IMG/VR virus record: IMGVR_UViG_3300042401_001867
Location: 1 to 60,482 of that record
From: a virus
Lineage: Duplodnaviria; Caudoviricetes
Length of the DNA stretch: 60,482 bases
Direction: 5' to 3' (one strand)
A program made the position numbers and the translations under genes. Under the pieces are notes generated by a model. The model worked only from the letters and a program-made list of their open reading frames with translations. It had not been told where the DNA came from and ran no database searches. Below are positions 27,019 to 36,700 of this stretch, in pieces; the stretch's first letter is position 1, and each line of letters starts with the position of its first letter.

Positions 27019-27552
27019 CTAGCTAGCGTCAACAATCATGTGAATCCTGTGAGTGGAGCCATTGTTATCAACTTTGTGAACCCTGTTGGTGTTGTCTATC
27101 ACCCAAATCTCCCCTGGTTTTAAATTCTTAGAAATGCCACCAACCGTGAATGTGCAGGAGCTATTCGTAACGATAGGTACGTGTATTCTGTGGGTGTTTC
27201 TAGTGACTATCCCCTGGTCTTTATGTGGCTTAATAATCCCTCCAGGGTTCATCCTTGTCAACATCGAGGACGTTTCTGAAACTTGACCAATGGATTCTCC
27301 GACAATTTTGCATATTCTCATTATGTCCGAACTGAATTGTTCGTAATGTTGGTGCTTTTCTGGACTGTACTCATTGGACTTTGGGGAATACTTCAACGGG
27401 ATTGTCTCGGTGTGATAACTGGCTATTCCCCCTGTGTTTTTTCTACCCTTATATTCACTCCAATCTAGGTCATTGAAGGATAAAACCTTATTCAATAGAT
27501 TCTGAAAGTCTGGGAAAATTCCTATATATCTAAATGCTTCATTTTCTTTCAT
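27019..27552 (-). CDS. aspartyl/asparaginyl beta-hydroxylase-like 2OG-Fe(II) oxygenase
   Basis: IKPHKD, RIHVPIVTN, GEIWVIDN...H.V.N.G...RIHMIVD. Confidence 0.82.
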   Translation of the reverse strand: MKENEAFRYIGIFPDFQNLLNKVLSFNDLDWSEYKGRKNTGGIASYHTETIPLKYSPKSNEYSPEKHQHYEQFSSDIMRICKIVGESIGQVSETSSMLTRMNPGGIIKPHKDQGIVTRNTHRIHVPIVTNSSCTFTVGGISKNLKPGEIWVIDNTNRVHKVDNNGSTHRIHMIVDAS

Positions 27553-27572
27553 GAAATCATCCTATATAAAGC

Positions 27573-27610
27573 AAAAACCTCACGCCCCCATTACTGGAAA
27601 CGTGAGGTTT
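27573..27610 (-). terminator. intrinsic terminator after the major capsid gene
   Basis: AAACCTCACG...CGTGAGGTTT stem with T tail on the minus strand. Confidence 0.75.
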
Positions 27611-27628
27611 GCTTTTACTTGGTTTGAA

Positions 27629-29005
27629 TTACGCTTCTGGAGCTCCGTCGAAGTCAATCGAAACGAACGCTTCTGGACGCTTAACAGCCAGAGCAAGTCT
27701 CTGTTCTGCAAGAATCACGATTGCGTTGCGCACGAAGAAGTCTGAGTGCTGTTCCGAAATTCGGATTGAAGCCTGCTCGCGGTCGTACAGCTGTGCAGCA
27801 GTACCGAAAGCACCGACGAGGCCGGTTCCTTCTGCCATTGCTGGAGTGTCGATAACTGGCATTCTCCAAACTCGTGGCTCGCCACCCATTGCAACCGAAA
27901 CTGCGATGAGGTACTGGCCTTGTGAGTCCTTGGTCAACTCGATGTCTTCCCAATCGTTCGGGTGCAATACGACGCCCGATGGCTCGTAGTAAGCCAAGAA
28001 CGAAAGTGTTGCAGCACGACGGATTGCGTCAGCCTTGGTGTCTACCACTGGAAGTGTTGCACCATTTGACCAGGCATATGACTGGATGTTTGGTGTGTTC
28101 ATAACGCCCAAGAGGTTCTCGCCGACGCCGTCGCCATTGAGAATTTGGTTGTCTTCCAACAAGCGAAGGCCGTACATCAACTCGTTGTCGATGATTGAAC
28201 GCAGCTGTGGCTCATCGGCAAGGACGTTGCGGTGTGCAGCTTCCCAGTGTGCCAATGTGCGAACAGGTGCTTGCTCACCAACGAATGAGAACGATGACTG
28301 TGGCTTCAGCGCGAATGCACTGTTTCCACCGTTACGCTCTGCAACAGTTGAAGCTGAGTTAACACCAGCAGCGAAGCCGTAACCCTCCTGGATAGGAGTG
28401 GTGAAGCCGAGCTGACGGAAGTACTCGATAACAGCAGCAGTTGTTGTGCGAACTGGGAACAAGTCACGAACACGCTTTGTGCGCATTGGCTGTGTAATCA
28501 TCGCATCGCGTTGCACTGAACCAAACGAACCGATTCGGCTGTTTGCTACGTCAGTGCCAGGAAGTGCTGAGTACACATCTTTTACGTTGTAGTTACCAGC
28601 TGTGAATGAAGCCTTTACTTGCCATGGTGCAACCATGTTTGCGCCGTTACGGCCGTTTGCGAGAGTCTTGAATTCAGCTGAGTCCAAGAACATTTCGCCG
28701 ATTGACTTGATTTCACGGCTGGAGAGTTGTCCAACTTCTGCACTTGCTGCAGCAAATGAACCTGCAACACTCTCTGCTGGCTGTGAAGCCCAAGAATCAA
28801 CGCTGTTCATTGTCTCCATGCCTTCAATCAAGGACTTGATTTCCTTGATGTCTGTCATGTTCTTGTCGAACGCTGTCTTCTGCTCTGAAGTAACGACAAC
28901 TGTGCCGTCTTCTACACGGAATGAATCCGCAATGGCCTTATTGTCGGCCATTTTTCCACGAAGTGCACCTTGCAGTTCGTTTAATCTTGAATTGTCTTGC
29001 GACAT
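27629..29005 (-). CDS. major capsid protein, HK97 fold
   Basis: Coiled-coil delta-like N terminus; VRDLFP, LKPQSS, VRTLAHW, EDNQILNGDG, VVLHPNDW, G.Y, FVRN.IVILAEQRLALAV.RPEAFV. Confidence 0.93.
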   Translation of the reverse strand: MSQDNSRLNELQGALRGKMADNKAIADSFRVEDGTVVVTSEQKTAFDKNMTDIKEIKSLIEGMETMNSVDSWASQPAESVAGSFAAASAEVGQLSSREIKSIGEMFLDSAEFKTLANGRNGANMVAPWQVKASFTAGNYNVKDVYSALPGTDVANSRIGSFGSVQRDAMITQPMRTKRVRDLFPVRTTTAAVIEYFRQLGFTTPIQEGYGFAAGVNSASTVAERNGGNSAFALKPQSSFSFVGEQAPVRTLAHWEAAHRNVLADEPQLRSIIDNELMYGLRLLEDNQILNGDGVGENLLGVMNTPNIQSYAWSNGATLPVVDTKADAIRRAATLSFLAYYEPSGVVLHPNDWEDIELTKDSQGQYLIAVSVAMGGEPRVWRMPVIDTPAMAEGTGLVGAFGTAAQLYDREQASIRISEQHSDFFVRNAIVILAEQRLALAVKRPEAFVSIDFDGAPEA

Positions 29006-29157
29006 GATTTGCTCCTATTAGAATTGATTGAGGGTTGGATAACTAACTTGTAATCTGGCTTAGGTAAGCACCCAGCCCTAGATATATAAAGTAACAGAGA
29101 TTTACACCTTTTAGTGGAACTACTTTATTTGTAAACAAAAGTGTGTAAATAATTAAA

Positions 29158-29871
29158 TTAATCTTCTGAAAGTTCCTGATGGATTGATTTTTTTCTTTTC
29201 AGTTTTCCCAGCTCTTCTCGTAGAACTGTTCTTATTACACTTCTTTCCTGATTGGCTCTTCCTCTACGTCCGAGCGAAGTTGAGCCAGCCAAACGAGAAT
29301 AATCGCTCATATTTGTACATGGCATCCATACGGCTCTTCCTGTTTTCGAGATTCTCCTACTTATGCCAATGCACCCCATCTGACGCGAACGGGCACGGGC
29401 GGATTCAGGGTCGTTGAATACGTCTGGGTCATTATCTCTTATGTATTCAGGTCCGGTCATTGCCGCTTTGGCCATGCTTGCACCGAACATGTTCATGGTC
29501 GGACCACCAGAAATCGCAGAACCACTTGACACCCCAGACCCAACATCCTGTGGTGCCGAGAATTGACTCTGACCAGAAGTTACTCCAGGGCCAGAACCAT
29601 TAATTCCTTGTATCGGCCGTTCCCGAAGTTTTTCCCAGCCATCCCTTCGCTTCTTTTTCTTCTTGACAGGAATTTCATCTTTGACGATAGGGCTTTGTGC
29701 GGCAGATTTTTTTATCCAGTCATCGCTCTCGGCTCGCATCGATATTTTCTTAAGTGACTCCGGCGATGAACAGGGAGCCCAGTTGCCATCCTCGTCCTGA
29801 TGTGCGCCTCGGCAGCCAACCATCTCGGCAACTCTTAGTGCCTCAATCTTTTTTACTAGAGCACCAGGCAT
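29158..29871 (-). CDS. protein with two DUF3721-like GC.G.H...W.PC repeats
   Basis: AEMVGCRGAHQ...WAPC and SRQMGCIG...WMPC. Confidence 0.6.
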   Translation of the reverse strand: MPGALVKKIEALRVAEMVGCRGAHQDEDGNWAPCSSPESLKKISMRAESDDWIKKSAAQSPIVKDEIPVKKKKKRRDGWEKLRERPIQGINGSGPGVTSGQSQFSAPQDVGSGVSSGSAISGGPTMNMFGASMAKAAMTGPEYIRDNDPDVFNDPESARARSRQMGCIGISRRISKTGRAVWMPCTNMSDYSRLAGSTSLGRRGRANQERSVIRTVLREELGKLKRKKSIHQELSED

Positions 29872-29872
29872 T

Positions 29873-30616
29873 TTAGAACCTCTTGAATTTCTGTTCTAAA
29901 GCTTTGCCTATTCTTGTTGCTGAATCGCTTTTAGCTCTATCAGATATGGATTTGACTCTTCTAAGCGAGCGGTTTGTTTTGCAGCCAAATTCAGCTTTTT
30001 CATCCATGAATCTTGATATTTTTCGCGAAGTCCCAAAACCTGCTTTTTTCTGAATTGATTCAGAGTTAAATGATTTTCCATATTCTGCCCTGCCATCGAC
30101 AAACAGGCCGGATTTGACATCTATTCCTATTTTTTTACTCTTTGCTTCAATAATCAAGGACGTATTTTTTAAAGAGTTTTTAAAGGATTTGGCCCTGTAG
30201 CCAATTTTGTTGATTTGTGGGGTCGGTTTCGCTTCTATGTCGGATTTGTCTGATTTTGTTTTTATAATCACGCTTCTTGGAAATACTGTCCGCCCAGAGA
30301 AAACAGTGTTATTTTTCAAAGTCTTCGAAACAATCTCTTCGGAGAGAATGTCTATCTCCACCTTGTTCGACGCTGTTTTTTCAATTATTGAATTTGCTAC
30401 ATTTTCGCTTACTTTTTTGAAAGCTGTTATTTCGGTCCAGTCTGGAGTGACTATTTCTGATTCATTCGAGAAGTTTGAATTTGCACTTTTTGCCCATTCT
30501 GCCCCCATTTCATGAAAACCGTAGAAAGACAGCGAATCATTACTTTTCACAACAATCGCAAAAGGAGTGTTTCTCACTACATCTTTAACTATGAGTATTT
30601 CAGGCATTTTTTCCAC
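29873..30616 (-). CDS. Lys/Ser-rich hypothetical protein (head operon)
   Basis: 247-aa ORF, coupled to its neighbours. Confidence 0.7.
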   Translation of the reverse strand: MEKMPEILIVKDVVRNTPFAIVVKSNDSLSFYGFHEMGAEWAKSANSNFSNESEIVTPDWTEITAFKKVSENVANSIIEKTASNKVEIDILSEEIVSKTLKNNTVFSGRTVFPRSVIIKTKSDKSDIEAKPTPQINKIGYRAKSFKNSLKNTSLIIEAKSKKIGIDVKSGLFVDGRAEYGKSFNSESIQKKAGFGTSRKISRFMDEKAEFGCKTNRSLRRVKSISDRAKSDSATRIGKALEQKFKRF

Positions 30617-32630
30617 CTTTTAACATTTCGACGATGCTCCTCTTGCTATTTGAAAGGGTCTCAAGTCTGTTTTCGAACAACTTTTCAATTATTGAAAGGT
30701 GGGTTTTTTCTCCAGGCGACAGGCCATCTCTCTCGAATCTTCTTCTTAACTCGTTCATCTTGAATGAACGTGCTCGCTTCAGAAGTGATTCAATGTATTT
30801 TCTGTAAGCAATCTGCTGGTCCTGCTTGAGCTGATTGTAATATTCTGAATAGCCAGGACCACCTACTCCTTGATAGAACTCATCAACGGTCATCCTCGTG
30901 CGCTTTGCTATCTCTATCTTGCTTAACTCAATTAAGCCTGATGTCGTATTTTGAGCGAGCATCGGAGAAATACCCTCGGGTGTTTCTAGGGGGTATATGG
31001 AAGAATTAGGCCTATCTCTTTGGTCAGTCAAGAAGTCAGAAATCATTATTCTTGCAACGTCTTCTGGTTTGAGTTCTGAGAATTTTGCGTCAGGCCTGAA
31101 TTTCGAACCCTTCAGTGCTGTCTCGACATCTTCCCTTAAATACGGTCTCTTGTCTGATGGTTTCGATGCAAAAATTACGTCTGGTGACTGCATGCCCAGA
31201 TGCTGCTGTAGGTCTGAGGCAAATCGTTCTGCGATGTGTTGGTACTTATTGGGAGATGAGTATAGAAAATATTTGTTTTCCCCAACAGTGATTAGCGACT
31301 GATTATTCGCAAGCCTTCTTGTCTGTATCATTTTGCTGTCAGCGAGAAGTTTTGGCATTATCTCCGGTGACACCAATGAGAGGGAACCTCCCGTGGAGAG
31401 GTGTTCGATTGCCGCATCAAGTGATGTTATTTTTTTACCATCTTGCGCATTCGATAATGACTCGCGAGATACTGTGCCACTTTCACCGACGGGTTTCTTG
31501 GCCTTCATCTTTCCAGAGAAAGCTTGGGAGGCCCATCTTTGCTTTCCATTTACTATTTCATTTGGATTTTTTATACCGATAAAATTTTCGCTGTACCGTA
31601 TTCCGTCGCCAGTTTCATCTGCAACCATTTTCAATCGTGACGCAGGGTCGTTTGTTTGACTGGACTCAATTGCCGTATTTACCGTTCTGCCGAGCTTTCT
31701 TCTTTCGCCAACAGAAAGTTTCCGCGCCTTTTCAAGGGTGAGAGTAGAGCCACCTGGCATAACGTAAACCAATGAACGGACTCCGGTATTGGAAAGTAAT
31801 CCCAATTCATCGTTACCTATGTCTGCAGGGGACTTGGCAGACAAGATGTATGTTGCGCCTTCCATGTCTCTGTTGTCCGGTATTGCTCTAAGCACCTTCG
31901 GTGGAACGACCGGTTCCAGAACGAACCCGTCTCTTCTGACCATTCTGTTGGCCTTGCCATCAAACCCGCCTATTTCGGAGACCATGTTTTTTACTTGTTC
32001 TGCAGCCGAACGTGGATTGTCGAGTGAAACCTTTGGTATCTGTGGTTTTCTTGAATCAATCAAGTTTCCAGGAATGTCTCCACCAGTAATTGGTTTTCCT
32101 GTTACTGGTTTTGGTTGCGCGCTACCCCTTGCGGCCCTGAGCAGGGCGGCCGCAATCATTCTCAACGGAGATGGGATATCGAATAGTTTTGCCCCACATG
32201 TCGAAAGACGTGAGTCGGTAAATCTTCCACCGTATTGATATCCTTCTGGACATCTGTAGCCACGATTCTGCCCTGGCTTTGAACCACCGACACCACCCGG
32301 CTTGCCTGGAGTGAGTGTTCTATAGATTGCCGAGCGAACCGGGGAGCGCAATGGGTCAGAATCACCAGGTATGGCAAGACTGGCAAGAGTAGAACCAATC
32401 CTTGATGCTTTTGTTTGTATCTCTATAGAGTCAAACGCGCTCTTTCGTTGAATTCTGTCGGTGCCATTTCGCTTTGACAAAGCCTTGAATGAAACAACAT
32501 TCTCTAAAAGCTTTAACTTTGAACGCGCAATATTGTGCAGGTTCTTTGCATCGATATCTGCAATTACAATTCGCACCACTACAACGCTACGTTCTGGGCA
32601 GCACGGCAATGAGCCGTTAATATCACTCAT
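30600..32630 (-). CDS. head-operon protein with RCP.G...FTD motif and degenerate HipA/PI3K-like C-terminal domain
   Basis: YRCPEGYQYGGRFTD; AERFASDL...LG...PDV...DFLTDQRDR. Confidence 0.65.
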   Translation of the reverse strand: MSDINGSLPCCPERSVVVVRIVIADIDAKNLHNIARSKLKLLENVVSFKALSKRNGTDRIQRKSAFDSIEIQTKASRIGSTLASLAIPGDSDPLRSPVRSAIYRTLTPGKPGGVGGSKPGQNRGYRCPEGYQYGGRFTDSRLSTCGAKLFDIPSPLRMIAAALLRAARGSAQPKPVTGKPITGGDIPGNLIDSRKPQIPKVSLDNPRSAAEQVKNMVSEIGGFDGKANRMVRRDGFVLEPVVPPKVLRAIPDNRDMEGATYILSAKSPADIGNDELGLLSNTGVRSLVYVMPGGSTLTLEKARKLSVGERRKLGRTVNTAIESSQTNDPASRLKMVADETGDGIRYSENFIGIKNPNEIVNGKQRWASQAFSGKMKAKKPVGESGTVSRESLSNAQDGKKITSLDAAIEHLSTGGSLSLVSPEIMPKLLADSKMIQTRRLANNQSLITVGENKYFLYSSPNKYQHIAERFASDLQQHLGMQSPDVIFASKPSDKRPYLREDVETALKGSKFRPDAKFSELKPEDVARIMISDFLTDQRDRPNSSIYPLETPEGISPMLAQNTTSGLIELSKIEIAKRTRMTVDEFYQGVGGPGYSEYYNQLKQDQQIAYRKYIESLLKRARSFKMNELRRRFERDGLSPGEKTHLSIIEKLFENRLETLSNSKRSIVEMLKGGKNA

Positions 32631-33282
32631 AATCACCACCGCAGCACTCAGCTGACTTACGTTCAGATGGGGTTGAATACTTAACGGTTTCGCCAGTTTC
32701 GTCTTCCCCTTCCATTTCCCAGTTGTCGTCATTCCTTAAAAATTCAGCGAACTTTGGTTCCATTTCGATGAAGTCACGGAGAACACTGAATGCATGAAGT
32801 ATGTCTGATTCAGTAATAACATCCTTTGGCTTTTTCGAATCAGCGCCCTTGAATTCGTGAAAGAAAACATCTTCCTCGTTTAGCGAATCGCTCAATGACT
32901 TTTTTGTTGTTCGTTTTGCCGCACGGCTGAGGTGACTGGAAAACTCCATGTTTGTCCAGTTTTCCTTTCGCAGTTTACCGCGGCAGTTCTTCATGCCTGG
33001 ATGATGGCACCCCTCGTTTGGCCAAAGACCAGTTGTTTCGTGATGCAGCCACGCGCAGATGTTATTGAGTGGATAGAGCTCTGGATGGTCGGCAAGGATT
33101 ACTCTGCAACGACGAAATCCGCCTGGCTTGCGCATGATTGGTCGCCAGTAGCGCAAAAGGCGCTCAAGGTTGCCCCTCCGTGGACCATAACCGCGAAGGA
33201 TGTCTCCTGAGATTATTTCCTGTGGAATAATACCGCCAAGAGGGTCAGCCTTAATTACATTGTCATCAAAATCCATGTTCAC
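32623..33282 (-). CDS. head-operon protein (LLRYW...PGGF.RC...CA.LHH..TG.WP type)
   Basis: Motif recalled from actinophage head-associated proteins. Confidence 0.7.
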   Translation of the reverse strand: MNMDFDDNVIKADPLGGIIPQEIISGDILRGYGPRRGNLERLLRYWRPIMRKPGGFRRCRVILADHPELYPLNNICAWLHHETTGLWPNEGCHHPGMKNCRGKLRKENWTNMEFSSHLSRAAKRTTKKSLSDSLNEEDVFFHEFKGADSKKPKDVITESDILHAFSVLRDFIEMEPKFAEFLRNDDNWEMEGEDETGETVKYSTPSERKSAECCGGDYE

Positions 33283-33706
33283 GGCTTCCCTGCTCTTCTC
33301 TTGTGGAATTGTCCACCTTATAATCTATCATTTTAATGAGACTCTTGTTATTCATAAAGTCAATAGCGCGAGAGTTCTTCTTTTCTATCTTTGTTTTTGT
33401 TTCGCCAACTGTTGACAATGGATTTATCCCGTCAAGAATCGATTCATCGACTTCTTTTTCCTTCTTGATAAATGTTTCGAACCATTTGCCTTTTGTTGGG
33501 TCTTTAGGCGCATCCCAGAGAGAGCGATGAAACTTTGTGTTTCTTATCTTTTTTAAATCTTGAGCTTTTGAAGCCCATGAGAAAAAATGAACCTTGACAG
33601 TGGAACCGTCCCCCCTCACAATCGCGCCGTCCTTCTGTCCAGCTTTGGCCTCGATGTCGTAATAAACCTTATTCCCATCAAACGTTCCAACGAGTATCGC
33701 CTTCAT
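33266..33706 (-). CDS. hypothetical protein (head operon)
   Basis: ATG directly follows the stop of the giant ORF. Confidence 0.7.
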   Translation of the reverse strand: MKAILVGTFDGNKVYYDIEAKAGQKDGAIVRGDGSTVKVHFFSWASKAQDLKKIRNTKFHRSLWDAPKDPTKGKWFETFIKKEKEVDESILDGINPLSTVGETKTKIEKKNSRAIDFMNNKSLIKMIDYKVDNSTREEQGSREHGF

Positions 33707-33707
33707 G

Positions 33708-36700
33708 TCAATCGACCACCAAATCGAGTTGTTGGCCTTTTCTGATGCTGTCAAGCGTTGACTTTAATTCTGCATCAATTTCGGCGTCGATTGCTTTCTT
33801 CAGTATCTCATCAACTCGTGCGTTTTGATTTGCAGTTTTGTCGTATGAGCGTGGATTCTCGATATTGATTCCTTGTGGGTGGGCGAACTTGACGTAACCA
33901 ATACCCATTCCCTCGTACTGTTCTTTTATCTTTTTTGCAGTACGGTACTCTTTGAGCTTGGTCATGCTTGCTGTATTTATTGGTTTTCCTCCAGACATTG
34001 AGTAAAAGTATGCAATCTCTTCTGGGGTGAATCCAAGCTTTTCAAGTTTTGATTTCATTGAGTTTTGACTTACAACATCTGATATATCTTCGGATTCTGC
34101 AATCTTTGAAACTTTTGAATACGGATAATGTATACCTTCTACTTCGTTCTTTTTGAAACCGCCGAGTATTTGTGCCTCAAACGGCTCATGCCCTCTTGCT
34201 CCGGAGTCAACCATTCCAACTGGGGACATCTTCCCGTTCTCGTCACGTGAAGCACCAACCGATGAAAAGTTCTTGTCCATTTTTGCGCCAAGCAAATGGA
34301 GCATGGCTTCTGTGTTTTGCTCCTTCGAAGAGATGCCGTCAGCATTGAACAGGGCATCAGCAATGTCGTCAGCGTCTGAGGAGTTCATCGAAACAGGCCT
34401 GTGCGCTGACTGAAGGGCTTCGCCGCGACCGTATGAAGTTCTGTCTGACACCTCTGGCTTGAGAATCACTTCAATTTCGCCAAGGGCCGTAAGTCCGTCT
34501 CCAACAACGTCGGTATCGCCAATCTCGAATATTGCATCACTACCAATATTGCCTTTTCCTGATGCCGCAATTTGTCTCTTCTTTTCTTCGTTGTGTGAAC
34601 GGTGCACTACATAACCGCTGACAGGTTTAGCCGAGTTTGGGGTTGATTTACTAATACCAATCCTGCTGTTGTATTCACCCCTGAATGCGTCAGCAGAGCG
34701 GCCGGCTCTTTTTCCAGAACTAAATGGGTCACTGAAGTCATCAAACTCTGTCTTTGCTGGTTCGTAGGTGTTGTCGTCGCTTCCACTAAATGAATCAGTT
34801 GCAGATTTACTATTTTTGCCTCTCCTAAATCTTTTTCCAATTTTTTCGCGAGCCGAGTCGACAACCTCGCCAGCGTTGGTAACAAATTCGCTCCCTGAGG
34901 CACGGATAACATCGCCGAATTCATCAAGTCTCTGCATGTTCTCGTCTGTCGCTACTCGCTCGTCAATGAAATCAGATGCAACCGACCAAGCATCTGCAAG
35001 CTTGTCGACAACTGGGTCGGGCAAGCCATTGGGGGCCACCCTGTTTACAGCCTGCATCGCTACGTCCATTTGTTGCTGCGTTATCTTTCCTCTTTGAACA
35101 GCTTCCTCTAAACCTCGCTCTGCGATTTCTCTTCCAGCTCTCCTGGATACATCCACAGCAAGCGCTGTTGCGAAACCAGCAGGCCCACCAGCAGCAAGAG
35201 CACCAGCCATATTCATGCCGTACTTAACGCGTTCGCGGGTATCTTCGTCTGCTCCTGAGCGCTTTAGAACTGCGTCCAAGACTCTTCCAGTTGCACGACC
35301 GCCAGCAATACCTGCGACTCTCTGTGTTCTACTTGTACCGCTTCTCGCTCCAGAGGACAATCGTCCAGAATCAGAACCAGTACCACCGGCAAACAGCTCT
35401 CCAAGTTCGCTCAACTTGGATGAGTGATTGATTTTTTCTGAACCGATGTTGTATTTTTCTGCCAATGAGAGCATTAATCTGCCGTGACCACGACGGTGGT
35501 AATCCTCTGGGACGAGTACGTCCGAGATGGTTAGCTTGTCTTGATTGCCGAGCTCTCCGCGAATGTCAGTTCTTGCGTAAAGGACCCCAACCTGCGTTCC
35601 GTTTGACCTCATTCTTACCGTGACGTTCTGTACCTCTCTGTCATCAAATCGGGTCTCCAATTCTGATTCTATTGATACCTTTATTGCGTCCCCGTTTTTG
35701 TCTTTTACAGTCAGCTGTACGTCTCTGCTTTTAATGCGATTCGATTCTTTGGAAACAGATAGCTTGTCTTTGTCTACCGCTACGGAAACTGAATTAATGT
35801 CGAGTTTGACTCTATTCTTTTCGATTCTGTCAATTACGCTGTTTATATAGTCCCAACGACGACCACCAGAACGTTCAGCATCGCCTACGGTTGAGTATGG
35901 GGTCAGGTCTCTATTGATAACCTTCAACAAATCATCATTGACGGACATTCTTGCTTTTGGTAGTTTACTGCTGGCATAGCCAGTACTACCATTCTTTTTT
36001 AGCAGTTCAAGAGTCTCCCCTTCTGAAGCAACCACTCCAACGTCATAGAAATTGATTTTTGTTAAGTCATCAATATCGTTGAGTATTGTTGCGATTCTCT
36101 TAAATTCTGGAACATCGTAGTAATTATCTATCGACTCATACGTGTCACCCTTATTGAACCATCCTCCTCTATCGATAAATCGTTTGAACTCCCTATCAAA
36201 TATCAAATCCGATTTTCCAACACCAAAAATTGGATACCATTTACCTGTTGGATTTTCTTTCCCGCCTTTACCAGTGCTCTGATAGAACGGTATTCTTATT
36301 CCGTTTACGTCAACTAAGACCATGGGTCTTCCAGCAACTGAAAAAATTGGCGACTTTATCTCTTTGCCTGTTTCTGAATCAATCAAATCTACTTCTGCTA
36401 TTTGCAAATCCAGATTCCTCAAATATTTTTCTGCATCACTAACTTTTTGAAGTTGTATTTTTCTTTTTTTCAGCGAAACCCTTGCACCTGATGAAAGTTT
36501 TACTGATGAGGAATTAGAATCGCTAAGCGGTTTTCCTCTACGAGCACCGAGGACTGAAGCGGGCGTTACTTCGCGTCCTTCTCTTTCCAAACGTATTGCT
36601 CGAGCCATGAGGGCATTGGTTGCCTTTCCCCACTCATTTCGTTTTGCATCCTCGCTGGTCAGCGGGTTGTATCCTCCCTTGGGGGCAGAAACACTAAATA

